Both the position numbers and the translations under genes were made by a program. The notes below the pieces were generated by a model that worked only from the letters and a program-made list of their open reading frames with translations, searched no databases and was not told the origin of the DNA. 64,000 nt of DNA. Source: Actinomycetales bacterium mxb001 (GTDB lineage Bacteria; Actinomycetota; Actinomycetes; S36-B12). Below, piece by piece: positions 9,471 through 18,810 of this stretch. Location of the stretch: contig NBNH01000320.1 of the NCBI GenBank assembly GCA_004379115.1, positions 278-64,277 of the forward strand, read 5' to 3'. The stretch's first letter is position 1; each line of letters starts with the position of its first letter.

Positions 9471-10679
9471 ATGGATCGCGTCACGCGCCATCCGATGGTG
9501 CTGTACTACCTGCTCCTCGGCGCGGCCCTCGCCCTGCTCCTCCTCGGCCTGCTCATGGTCCTGAGCTCGTCCTCGGTGCTGTCGATTCGCCAGTTCGGCT
9601 CGCCCTACACCCTCGCCCAGCGTCAGGGTCTCTTCGCGGTCATCGGCGTCGTGCTCATGCTGGTGGCCACGCGCATCCCCATCGGCTGGTGGCGTCGACT
9701 TGCCTGGCCCGCGCTCATCCTCGCCTTCGGACTGCTCTTCGCCGTGCTGATCGTCGGCGTCGAAGTCTCAGGGCAGCGCAACTGGATCGACATCGTCGGG
9801 CCGTTCCGACTTCAGCCCTCCGAGTTCGCCAAGCTCGCGATCATCCTGTGGTCCGCTGACCTGCTCACTCGTAAGCAGGCGACGATCAACCGCTGGTCGC
9901 ACCTGCTCATCCCCCTGCTACCCGTCACCGCTCTGATGCTGCTGCTCGTTCTCATGGAAGGCGACGTCGGCAACACGCTGTTGCTCGCCCTCATCGTCGG
10001 CGGCGTGCTGTTCGCTGCGGGCGCGCCGCTGAGGCTCTTCGCCGTGCTCGGTGGCCTGGGAATCCTGGCGATCGCGGCGCTCACCCTGGCCGCTCCCTAT
10101 CGCATGAGCCGATTCACCTCGTGGCTCGATCCCAGCGCCGATCGACTGGGCGACGGGTGGCAGGTCACGCAGGGCCAGTACGCGCTGGGAACCGGCGGAT
10201 GGTGGGGGGTGGGACTCGGCGCGAGCCGTGAGAAGTGGGGGTCGCTGCCCGAGGCCCACACCGACTTCATCTTCCCCGTGATCGGCGAGGAACTCGGTCT
10301 CATCGGCACGTTGACGGTCCTGATGCTCTTTGGCGTCGTTGCCTTCGTTGCGTTCCGCATCGTGCAGTCGGCCACCGACACCTTCATGCGACTGGCTGCC
10401 GCAGGTATCGGCACGTGGATCATCGTGCAGGCCGTGGTCAACATCGGCGCCGTCCTGAGCCTGCTTCCCATCACCGGCGTGCCGCTTCCCCTCGTGTCCT
10501 ATGGCGGCTCGTCGCTGATACCGCTGCTCATCGCGATCGGCATCCTGCTGTCCTTCGCGCGCGCACTCGGAGGACCTCGGGACGCTGCCCTGGAAGCGGT
10601 GGACACCGAGGATTCCGTGCCGGCGCGTACGCCGACTCGGAGGAAGGGGGCCGGCCGCACGCCCCAGGGGGTGGCGTGA
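9471..10679 (+). CDS. ftsW: SEDS-family peptidoglycan glycosyltransferase FtsW
   Basis: 402 aa, roughly 10 TM helices, SEDS motifs (QPSEFAKLAIILW, LPEAHTDFIF, PLPLVSYGGSS). Standard dcw position. Confidence 0.93.
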   Translation: MDRVTRHPMVLYYLLLGAALALLLLGLLMVLSSSSVLSIRQFGSPYTLAQRQGLFAVIGVVLMLVATRIPIGWWRRLAWPALILAFGLLFAVLIVGVEVSGQRNWIDIVGPFRLQPSEFAKLAIILWSADLLTRKQATINRWSHLLIPLLPVTALMLLLVLMEGDVGNTLLLALIVGGVLFAAGAPLRLFAVLGGLGILAIAALTLAAPYRMSRFTSWLDPSADRLGDGWQVTQGQYALGTGGWWGVGLGASREKWGSLPEAHTDFIFPVIGEELGLIGTLTVLMLFGVVAFVAFRIVQSATDTFMRLAAAGIGTWIIVQAVVNIGAVLSLLPITGVPLPLVSYGGSSLIPLLIAIGILLSFARALGGPRDAALEAVDTEDSVPARTPTRRKGAGRTPQGVA

Positions 10680-11785
10680 AGGTCCTGCTCGCTGCCGGGG
10701 GAACCGCCGGCCACATCGTTCCGGCGCTCACCCTCGCCGACACGCTCATGCGCGACGACCCGCACACTGAGGTCGTGGTCGTAGGGCGAGAAGACGGTCT
10801 GGAGAGCCGGCTCGTCCCCGCGCGCGGCTACCGGCTGCGCACCGTCCCGGCCGTTCCCCTGCCGCGCAAACCCTCGAAGGACCTCGCGCTGGTGCCCGTG
10901 CGTGTCTCCGGCTCGGTGCGGCAGATGATGGCGATCCTGCGCGAGGAGGATCCCGACGTGGTGGTCGGCTTCGGTGGCTACGTTGCCCTGCCGGCCTATC
11001 TCGCCGCCCGTCGCGCGGGAATCCCGCTCGTCATTCACGAGGCCAACAGCCGCGCGGGCGTCGCCAATCGCGTGGGTGCGCGACTCACCGGTTGGGTGGC
11101 GGAGAACGTGACGTCGAGCCTGCCGCGCGCGACACGAGTGGGGATGCCCCTGCGTCCGGAGATCGTCGCGCTCGCCGAGACCGACGACCGCTCTCTCATG
11201 CGGCGACAGGCACGTGATCACTTCGGCCTGGCGGCCGACAGGCCCACGCTGCTGGTCTTCGGTGGGTCCCTGGGCGCCCAGCACCTCAACGAGATCGTCA
11301 CCGCTGCGGCAGACGAGTTCGCCGCCGCCGGCGTGCAGGTCCTGCATGTCGTGGGGGAGAAGGGAGCCGGTGTTCGCGACATCGCACCGCGCGGCCCATC
11401 GCAGCCCGCCTACGTGGTGATTCCCTATGTCGACCGCATGGACCTCGCCTTCGCGGCGGCCGACCTTGTCGTGAGTCGAGCCGGTGCGATGACCTGCGCC
11501 GAACTGGCGGCCCTCGGCATCCCGGCGGTCTACGTGCCGCTGCCCATCGGCAATGGCGAGCAACGACTCAACGCCCAGCCCGTGGTCAACTCCGGTGGTG
11601 GCCTCATCGTCGACGATGCAGACTTCACGACCACGACCATCCGCGAGACCGTGATCCCGCTCGCGCTCAATCAAGGGCTCTTGGAGCGCATGGGTGAAGC
11701 TGCCCGTGCCCACGGCGTACGCGATGGAGATCGACGACTGGCTGATCTGGTTCGGGCGGCTTCGGCGGCCGGAGGACGCGGATGA
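10676..11785 (+). CDS. murG: UDP-N-acetylglucosamine--N-acetylmuramyl-(pentapeptide) pyrophosphoryl-undecaprenol GlcNAc transferase
   Basis: GTG at 10676 overlaps the ftsW stop. The sequence begins VKVLLAAGGTAGHIVPAL and also contains FGGSLGA and the conserved GNGEQRLNA region. Confidence 0.93.
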   Translation: MKVLLAAGGTAGHIVPALTLADTLMRDDPHTEVVVVGREDGLESRLVPARGYRLRTVPAVPLPRKPSKDLALVPVRVSGSVRQMMAILREEDPDVVVGFGGYVALPAYLAARRAGIPLVIHEANSRAGVANRVGARLTGWVAENVTSSLPRATRVGMPLRPEIVALAETDDRSLMRRQARDHFGLAADRPTLLVFGGSLGAQHLNEIVTAAADEFAAAGVQVLHVVGEKGAGVRDIAPRGPSQPAYVVIPYVDRMDLAFAAADLVVSRAGAMTCAELAALGIPAVYVPLPIGNGEQRLNAQPVVNSGGGLIVDDADFTTTTIRETVIPLALNQGLLERMGEAARAHGVRDGDRRLADLVRAASAAGGRG

Positions 11786-13191
11786 CGCGCCTGATCGATA
11801 CCGGACGCGTGCACCTGGTCGGGGTGGGCGGCGCAGGCATGTCCGGGCTTGCGCGCGTCATGCTCGCTCAGGGCGTGCCCGTGTCCGGCACCGATGCGAA
11901 GGAGTCCCGACGGCTTGCCGCCCTGCGCGCGCTCGGTGCGACGATCAGCGTGGGCCACACGACCGAGGCCCTCGATGCAGCGCCCGAGTCGCTCGCTGTC
12001 GTGGTCGCGTCCACGGCGATTCCCCCCACCAACCCCGAGGTGGTCGAGGCCCGTCGACGCGGCATCCCCGTCTGGACGCGGGCCGAGGCACTCAACGCGA
12101 TCATGGAGGGCTCCACGCCCATCGCGATCGCGGGCACGCACGGCAAGACCACGACCACCTCGATGGTGACGGTGGCCTTGCAGGCGTGCGGTATCGACCC
12201 GTCCTTCGCGATCGGCAGCGAGCTGCAGTCGTCGGGAACTAACGCGCACTTCGGATCAGGCGACTACTTCGTCGTCGAGGCTGATGAATCCGATGGTTCG
12301 TTCCTGCAGATGACGCCCCTCGTGGGAGTCGTGACCAATGTCGAGGCCGACCATCTCGATCACTGGGAGCGATACGAGGACATCGAGGATGCCTTCGTCC
12401 GGTTCTGCCTTTCGACGAGGGAGCGCCAGGGCTTCGTCATCTCATGCGCGGACGACCCTGGGGCTCGTCGAGTGACCGAGAGGGCTCGAGCCGAAGGAGT
12501 CCGCGTCATCACCTACGGCGAGGCCAGCGACGCGGACTTTCGCATCGCGCGATCGGCGGCCGACCCTGCCGGATGGTCCTTCGACGTCGTGCACCACGGC
12601 GTACGCATGGGCCGGATGACCCTGCGTGTCCCCGGTCGGCACAACGCGCTCAATGCCACCGCCGCCCTGGCCGTGGGCGCGAGCCTCGATCTGCCCGTCT
12701 CCGAACTCCTCGAGGGACTGGAGTCCTTCACAGGCACGCAGCGGCGCTTCGAATTGCGAGGCCAGGTCGGCAATGTCCGCGTGTACGACGACTATGCGCA
12801 CCACCCCACCGAGGTGAGTGCCACGCTGACCGCTGCGCGTGAGGTCGCCGGTGCGGGCCGCGTGGTGGTCGCCTTCCAAAGCCATCGCTATTCGCGCACG
12901 TCCGTCTTCGCTCGCGAGTTCGGCCAGGCGCTGGGCCTGGCCGACGAGGTCATCGTGCTCGAGGTGTACAGCGCGGGCGAGAAGGCGATCCCGGGGGCGA
13001 GTGGCTCGGTCATTGCGGCGGCTGTTCCGCTGCCGCGCGAACGCGTGATCTTCCAGCCATCGTGGGCGATGGTCCCCGAGACCGTCGTGGAGCGTGTCCG
13101 GCCCGGCGATGTCGTCATGACGATGGGCGCGGGCGATGTCGGGATGCTGGCCCCGCAGATCGTCGACCTGCTGCGCGAGCGCCTAGCGTGA
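11782..13191 (+). CDS. murC: UDP-N-acetylmuramate--L-alanine ligase
   Basis: 469 aa with VHLVGVGGAGMSGLA and GTHGKTTTTSM. ATGA overlap with murG. Confidence 0.95.
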   Translation: MTRLIDTGRVHLVGVGGAGMSGLARVMLAQGVPVSGTDAKESRRLAALRALGATISVGHTTEALDAAPESLAVVVASTAIPPTNPEVVEARRRGIPVWTRAEALNAIMEGSTPIAIAGTHGKTTTTSMVTVALQACGIDPSFAIGSELQSSGTNAHFGSGDYFVVEADESDGSFLQMTPLVGVVTNVEADHLDHWERYEDIEDAFVRFCLSTRERQGFVISCADDPGARRVTERARAEGVRVITYGEASDADFRIARSAADPAGWSFDVVHHGVRMGRMTLRVPGRHNALNATAALAVGASLDLPVSELLEGLESFTGTQRRFELRGQVGNVRVYDDYAHHPTEVSATLTAAREVAGAGRVVVAFQSHRYSRTSVFAREFGQALGLADEVIVLEVYSAGEKAIPGASGSVIAAAVPLPRERVIFQPSWAMVPETVVERVRPGDVVMTMGAGDVGMLAPQIVDLLRERLA

Positions 13192-13898
13192 AGCGCGCAC
13201 TGTGGGCCCTCGCGGTCATCGTGCCCGTCCTCGCCGTGGTCGCATGGATCGGCTGGTTCTCGCCCTGGTTCTCCCTCGACACCGTCGAGGTCCGCATCGC
13301 CTCGGCCTCCGCGGCGGCCGGACCCCTGACGTCGCAGGAGGTCGAGGCCGTCGTGCAGGTCCCCGCGGGCACGCCCATGTTGCGCATATCCCCGTCGGAG
13401 GTCGAGGAACGCGTGGCGGCGCTCCCGCAGGTTGCCTCGGTCACGGTCACCCGCGAATGGCCCACCACCCTCATCGTCGATGTGCAGCGTCGAGTGCCGG
13501 TGGCTGCTGTTCCCGTCGTCACGGGCGGCTACGACATCGTCGATGCCACCGGAGCCGTCATCCGACAGTCACCGACGCCCGTCGACGGCGTGCCCATGGT
13601 GCAGGCAACCGGAGCGGGACTCGAGGCAGCCATCGCGGTCGTCCGCGATATGCCCGACTGGCTGCGCGACAAGGTTGAGGGGATCGAGGCGACGACGCGC
13701 AATGACGTCACTCTGCTGCTGCGGAACGGCTCGATCGTCACCTGGGGATCGGCCGAGGAGAACGCGTTCAAGGCCGAGGTGCTGCAGGTCCTGCTGAAGG
13801 TCAAGGCGCTTCGCTATGACGTCTCGGCTCCAGGAACTCCCGCGACGTCGGACAACATCAGCCGACCCACGGCCTTTCCCAGCCCATCGGCGCCGTAG
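13188..13898 (+). CDS. ftsQ: Cell division protein FtsQ (POTRA plus FtsQ domain)
   Basis: GTG at 13188 overlaps the murC stop (GTGA). One TM helix is followed by a POTRA-like segment (VEVRIASA...LRISPSEVEERVAALPQVASVTVTREWPTTLIV). Last gene of the dcw string. Confidence 0.85.
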   Translation: MKRALWALAVIVPVLAVVAWIGWFSPWFSLDTVEVRIASASAAAGPLTSQEVEAVVQVPAGTPMLRISPSEVEERVAALPQVASVTVTREWPTTLIVDVQRRVPVAAVPVVTGGYDIVDATGAVIRQSPTPVDGVPMVQATGAGLEAAIAVVRDMPDWLRDKVEGIEATTRNDVTLLLRNGSIVTWGSAEENAFKAEVLQVLLKVKALRYDVSAPGTPATSDNISRPTAFPSPSAP

Positions 13899-13909
13899 GC
13901 GCATCGGCC

Positions 13910-15043
13910 CTACTGCTTGATGACAAAGTCCCCGGCGTCATTGACGGTGAGGATGAACATCGGCGCCTGACGGCGGTTGCCCGATTCGGGGTTGATGGAG
14001 ATGGTGCCGGTGGCGCCCTTGAGGCCCTTGGTGGCCAGCACTGCTGCCGTGAGTTGGGCGAAGCGGGTCGTGCCCGCTCGCTCCATGGCGTCGAAGAGCA
14101 GCAGGGCCGAATCGTAGGTGAAACTGCCCCAGACATCGGGCTGCTTGCCGAAGGCAGCCTTGTATTGCGCCACGTAGGTCTCGGCGCCGGGGAACTGGCC
14201 GGCGGCCGGCACGCCGGAGTACGTGCACGACTGCGCGATGCCCACGCCGACCTCGGAAACGAAGGCATTGTCGACGTTGGCGAGGTTCATGAAGCACTTC
14301 GCCGTGGTGTTGGCGGCGGCCAGCGCTTGGGCGATCTTGGTCCCCTCCGGGTAGTAGGTGCTGGAGTAGACGACGTCGGGGTCCAGTGCGAGGGCCTCTG
14401 CGACCGCGTCGTCGTAACTGGAGGCTGTTGGGTCGAGCATGATCTGCACGACGTCGATTCCCCGCTTCTCCAGGCCCTTGCCGGTCTGGTTGGCGACGGT
14501 CGTGGTGTAAGAGGAGGGATCGACCAGCATGACCACGCGATTCTTGGCGATGCTCGCGAGGTAGGGGATCTCCACGGGAGAGGTCTGCGACACCATGGGC
14601 TGAGTCGTGGCGCCGAACCCCTCGGTCGCGGTGGCCGACGTCATGCGCAGGGGCACGATGCCCGCCTCCAGGTAGGCGCTGAGGTTGATCACGCCCACGG
14701 AGGAGTTGTACGGGCCGATGATGGCGATGGCCCGGGCGGCCACGGCCTTGTCGACGGAGGCAAGCGCGTAGTCGGCATCGGCACGATCGTCGATGCGGAC
14801 GATCTGCACCGGGCGGCCCAGGACGCCGCCGCGGGCGTTCTGCTGTGCGACCGCGAGCTTGACACCGCGCAGCATGTCCTTGCCGTTCGACGACTGTGAT
14901 CCGGTCAGCGGTGCCTCGACCGCGATGACAATGGGATCCACGGACCCGGCGGGGGCGCCTCCCGCGGGGGATGCCACGGTGAAACTGCCCACCATCAGGG
15001 CAGGGGCGGCAAGGGCGAGGGCGACGACAGAGCGCGGGGCCAT
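13910..15043 (-). CDS. Secreted type-1 periplasmic-binding-fold solute-binding protein (Leu/Ile/Val-binding family), with no cognate permease nearby
   Basis: ATG at 15043 is preceded by GAAGGAG. It has a signal peptide MAPRSVVALALAAPALMVG. Sequence features are IAVEAPLTGSQSSNGKDMLRGVKLAVAQQNARGGVLGRPV and IIGPYNSSV. The ORF-track start at 15082 is probably too far upstream. Confidence 0.75.
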   Translation of the reverse strand: MAPRSVVALALAAPALMVGSFTVASPAGGAPAGSVDPIVIAVEAPLTGSQSSNGKDMLRGVKLAVAQQNARGGVLGRPVQIVRIDDRADADYALASVDKAVAARAIAIIGPYNSSVGVINLSAYLEAGIVPLRMTSATATEGFGATTQPMVSQTSPVEIPYLASIAKNRVVMLVDPSSYTTTVANQTGKGLEKRGIDVVQIMLDPTASSYDDAVAEALALDPDVVYSSTYYPEGTKIAQALAAANTTAKCFMNLANVDNAFVSEVGVGIAQSCTYSGVPAAGQFPGAETYVAQYKAAFGKQPDVWGSFTYDSALLLFDAMERAGTTRFAQLTAAVLATKGLKGATGTISINPESGNRRQAPMFILTVNDAGDFVIKQ

Positions 15044-15108
15044 GGGACTCCTTCGGTTGGAGCGCGAGAGTAGCGCGTCCACCGAGAGTCAGGGGTTACA
15101 GTGCCCGC

Positions 15109-18012
15109 GTGAAGACATCCCGCTGGATCACGCCCGCCGCCCTCCTCTCTATCGTCGCCGCCCTGCTAGTGGCCCCGCCTTTGAGTAGTGCCGCCGAGCC
15201 GGTCACCACTGCGGCGGCCAGCGACCAGCGACCGGTGCTGCCGGAGCCGCCGCGCTATGCCAGCGTCAATGGCGAGCTTCACCTCAAGGTCACCGCTACC
15301 AAGGTGACCGGCCGTATCGGCAACGTGACATACAAGGACCTGTTGACCTACAAGACCGAACTCGTCGATGGGAAGGGCAGCTACACCCCCGGCACTACCT
15401 CGCCCTACATCGGGCCGACGTGGGTCGTCCAGCGTGGTGACCGCGTCGTCATCGATTACATCAATGACCTACCCAAGTACACCTTCATGCCGGTGCAGGA
15501 TGCCGACGCTGAGCGCGTCCCGAGCTACCCGGTGCCGCAGCCTCTGAGCCTGCACTTCCACGGCCTGGAACTGTGGCCTTCGGGCAACAGCGACAACGTC
15601 CTGCTCTCGATCCCCCCGGGCCGCAGTAACCGTTACGAGATCACCATCTCCGACAAGCAGGCGGAAGGCTTGTACTGGCTTCACCCGCATATCCACGGCC
15701 TGGCTGACGCCCAGATCTACAACGGACTTGCGGGGTTCCTCATCGTCGGTCGCTCGGATGGCAACTACGCGGAGTTCGACGATCTGGTCAAGCATGAGAT
15801 GGCGCTGCGCTACAACGTCGTGAGCCCACAGGGCTACACCGGCGAGCTCGTCGATGCTCCGGCGACCGACACGTTCGGCACGGCCATGGCGCCTCGCGGC
15901 GACATGATCTACACGGTCAATGGAGCCCTCAACCCGCGAGTGCGACTGAACTCGGCCGATCCTGCCAAGGGGCTGCCCGCCGAGAGCCAAGTGTGGGCGA
16001 TGTCGAACATCACCGGCAGCGCGACCTACATCATCGCCCTCGACGAAGTGGATGCGAAGGACTATGACGACACCACCGTCAAGGGCACTCCGCTCGACCT
16101 GGTGATCGTGTCCATCGACGGTGACTCGATGCCCAAGCCCATCGTCCTCACGGGTGAGGCTGCTGAGCGTGGCTACCTGGTTCCCCAGGGGGGCCGTGTC
16201 GCCGTCCTCGTCCAGGGTGCCTCCGCGCCCGGCAAGGTCGTGCGGCTCTTGCAGGTGCAAAATCGCAGCGGCACCGGCATGAAGAGTGCCTACGACTGGA
16301 CCGATCAGAGTTACATCGGCGGCTGGCGTGACTACACGCAGGATGTGTTCCTGAGCTCCTACAGCGACTACTCCGTGACGACAAAGCACGTGCCGACCCC
16401 CTCGACACTGACGCCCAACTACGACACGGGCGACCTTGACCTGAGCAAGCAACCGGTTGCGCAGAAGCGCACGTTCATCTTCAACAACGTTTCCGAGCCG
16501 TCCAAGGAGACGCCCAACAACTTCGGCGTCGACTTCAAGCTCTACCCCGATGGGTCGATCGCTCAGCCGCGTATCGGGACGGTAGAGGAGTGGACGATCT
16601 ACAACTACTCGCCCCTGCTTCATCCCTTCCACGCACACGTGCAAGACGCCCAGGTCATGGAAGTCGTCTCACCGGTGAATCCGGACTACGTCAACCCGGA
16701 GGATGAATACCTGCCGACGCAATACGTCACCGATATGAACCAGCCGACGCCTTCGGCGTTCCAGCAGGACGTCATCAACATCCCGCCGGCCCGGGTGGAC
16801 AACGCGGACGAGGGGATGCCCGTCCTCAACGGAGACGGCCTCCCGGCACAGCCGGGCAAGATCGTGCTGCGCGTGCGGATCAATGACTTCCTGGGGTGGT
16901 ACGTCGAGCACTGCCATCGCCTGCCGCATGAGGACCGCGGCATGATGACAGTGATCCGATCTATCCCCACCGACCCGCTCGTGGCAACCGTGAGTCAGGG
17001 CTCCTCCGCGGTAGTGACGGCCTTCTCGTCCCTCACCGGGGATCCGGTCATGGAGGTCACGCCGTTCCCCGGCCAGCGCGATGTCAGCGTGGCCGTGGGC
17101 GACGTCAACGCTGATGCCAAGCCGGACGTGGTGACGGTAGGAGTCGTCAACGGCAAGGCGGTCGTGAAGGCGTACTCGAATGCGCAGGAATCATCGGTGC
17201 GCACCCTGGGCAGGTACTCCGGTCTCGGCGACGCGCCGTCCATTGCGCTCACCGATATCGACGGTGATCATCGCGACGATCTCGTGCTGGGTGCCGGCCC
17301 CGGTGTTGCCCCCAAGGTCATCGTGGCCTCCGGTGGAAGCGGCCGGGTTTATGGGTCATTCCTCGCCTACGACCGCGCATTCCGCGGCGGGGTGAACGTG
17401 GCAGGCGGCATGTTGGAGGAAGGCGGCCGCAACTCCATCGTCACGGGCTCGGCCGCGGGGATGCGCGCCACCGTGGCCATCTTCAACAACGACCTCTTCG
17501 GTGACGCCAAGGGCAATCCCGCCTCGGCCCAGCAGGTCGGCACCTTCAAGAAGGTCGCGTCGTACCGCATCGGTGCCAAGAGCTACCGGGGTGGCGTCGA
17601 TGTTGCCGTGGGTACGCCGCGTGCGGCCCTGGGCGGCCTCGGCCAGATCGTCGCGACGACGTCCGATGCTGGGCGCCTGGAGATCTTGTCGGTGGGCGGG
17701 GCGCACGAGGCGCAGATGCACAAGCTCGGCTTCCACGAAATGGTCTCGCAGACGGGAGTGCACCTTGCCCTTCCGTATCGCGCCTTCGTCCAGCGCACCG
17801 TCACCATGGCCCTGCGCCTGTCCATGGGCCAGTGGGGATACGGCTCAGGTGCCGGGGTCGGGGTCGTCAGCACCCCGACGGGCGCGCGCATGGTCCTGGC
17901 CCCCGCCAAGGGTGATGGGGTCGTCAAGGCCATCACGCTGGGACCCAATGGCACGAGCATCGCGTCCGTCGACGTCATCCAGCAGGACGGGGGCCGACCG
18001 GCCGGGATGTAG
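15109..18012 (+). CDS. Secreted three-domain multicopper oxidase fused to a C-terminal FG-GAP/VCBS-type repeat (beta-propeller-like) region
   Basis: 967 aa with a hydrophobic signal peptide. All four MCO copper motifs are present: HFHG, WLHPHIHG, HPFHAH and HCHRLPHEDRGM. The last ~330 aa carry FG-GAP-like repeats (VGDVNADAKPDVVTVG, LTDIDGDHRDDLVLGAGPG, and others). Confidence 0.85.
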   Translation: MKTSRWITPAALLSIVAALLVAPPLSSAAEPVTTAAASDQRPVLPEPPRYASVNGELHLKVTATKVTGRIGNVTYKDLLTYKTELVDGKGSYTPGTTSPYIGPTWVVQRGDRVVIDYINDLPKYTFMPVQDADAERVPSYPVPQPLSLHFHGLELWPSGNSDNVLLSIPPGRSNRYEITISDKQAEGLYWLHPHIHGLADAQIYNGLAGFLIVGRSDGNYAEFDDLVKHEMALRYNVVSPQGYTGELVDAPATDTFGTAMAPRGDMIYTVNGALNPRVRLNSADPAKGLPAESQVWAMSNITGSATYIIALDEVDAKDYDDTTVKGTPLDLVIVSIDGDSMPKPIVLTGEAAERGYLVPQGGRVAVLVQGASAPGKVVRLLQVQNRSGTGMKSAYDWTDQSYIGGWRDYTQDVFLSSYSDYSVTTKHVPTPSTLTPNYDTGDLDLSKQPVAQKRTFIFNNVSEPSKETPNNFGVDFKLYPDGSIAQPRIGTVEEWTIYNYSPLLHPFHAHVQDAQVMEVVSPVNPDYVNPEDEYLPTQYVTDMNQPTPSAFQQDVINIPPARVDNADEGMPVLNGDGLPAQPGKIVLRVRINDFLGWYVEHCHRLPHEDRGMMTVIRSIPTDPLVATVSQGSSAVVTAFSSLTGDPVMEVTPFPGQRDVSVAVGDVNADAKPDVVTVGVVNGKAVVKAYSNAQESSVRTLGRYSGLGDAPSIALTDIDGDHRDDLVLGAGPGVAPKVIVASGGSGRVYGSFLAYDRAFRGGVNVAGGMLEEGGRNSIVTGSAAGMRATVAIFNNDLFGDAKGNPASAQQVGTFKKVASYRIGAKSYRGGVDVAVGTPRAALGGLGQIVATTSDAGRLEILSVGGAHEAQMHKLGFHEMVSQTGVHLALPYRAFVQRTVTMALRLSMGQWGYGSGAGVGVVSTPTGARMVLAPAKGDGVVKAITLGPNGTSIASVDVIQQDGGRPAGM

Positions 18013-18030
18013 GGGTGCCGCGCGGAGCGC

Positions 18031-18810
18031 CTAGTGCTTGAGGGCGCTGGGTTCCTCGACGTGGGTCAGATGCCCGTCGAGGATCTCGAAGACCCGGTCG
18101 GTGTATTCGACCATCCGCAGGTCGTGCGTCACCATGATGCCGGTCTTGCCGCGGTCCTTGATCTCGCGGCGCAGCAGCTGGACGACCTGGCGGCCGAGGG
18201 CCGTGTCGAGAGCGGCCGTCGGCTCGTCGACGAGCACGAGGTCGGGATCGTTCATGAGCGCGCGGCCGATCGCCACCCGCTGACGTTCGCCGCCGGAGAG
18301 CTGCTCCGGGAGGTTCTTTGCCCGGTCCGCCAGGCCGAGTTCCTCGAGGAGTTGATCAGCGCGCTGCTGGGCGGCCTTCTTCGGTGTCTTGACCAGCGTG
18401 GCGACGTAGAGCAGGTTCTCGCGTGCGGTGAGGAAGGGCACGAGGTTGGCGGACTGGAACACGAACCCGACGCGCTCGGCGCGAAAGCGCGTGAGCTCGC
18501 GACGGCTGAGGGCGGTCACATCGACATCGCCGATGCGCACGGTGCCGGATGTCGCGGAGAGCAGGCCGCCGATGATCGAGATCAGGGTGGTCTTGCCCGA
18601 TCCCGACGGTCCGAGCAGTGCCACGAACTCGCCCTGGTCGACGGCCATGGTGGCATCGTCGAGTGCGGTCACCGCGGTGTGGCCCGACCCGTAGACCTTG
18701 CTCACGTGATCGACGTGCAGCAGGGCACCTGGACGCGTGGGCGCATCGGCACTCGGAGCGGGACCGGGGCCGTCGGGCACGGGGCTGGTGGCGTCGATGG
18801 GGTCATTCAT
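18031..18810 (-). CDS. ABC transporter ATP-binding protein, MacB/LolD/FtsE-like
   Basis: 259 aa with Walker A GPSGSGKTT, signature LSGGERQR and Walker B LVLVDEPT. ATGA overlap with the upstream permease. Confidence 0.92.
   Translation of the reverse strand: MNDPIDATSPVPDGPGPAPSADAPTRPGALLHVDHVSKVYGSGHTAVTALDDATMAVDQGEFVALLGPSGSGKTTLISIIGGLLSATSGTVRIGDVDVTALSRRELTRFRAERVGFVFQSANLVPFLTARENLLYVATLVKTPKKAAQQRADQLLEELGLADRAKNLPEQLSGGERQRVAIGRALMNDPDLVLVDEPTAALDTALGRQVVQLLRREIKDRGKTGIMVTHDLRMVEYTDRVFEILDGHLTHVEEPSALKH

Noticed and set aside
18013-18030. The short GC palindrome CCGCGCGG between the convergent oxidase and ABC ATPase genes, considered as a bidirectional terminator.
   Set aside because: The stem is only about 4 bp and has no U-tract, which is too weak to call.
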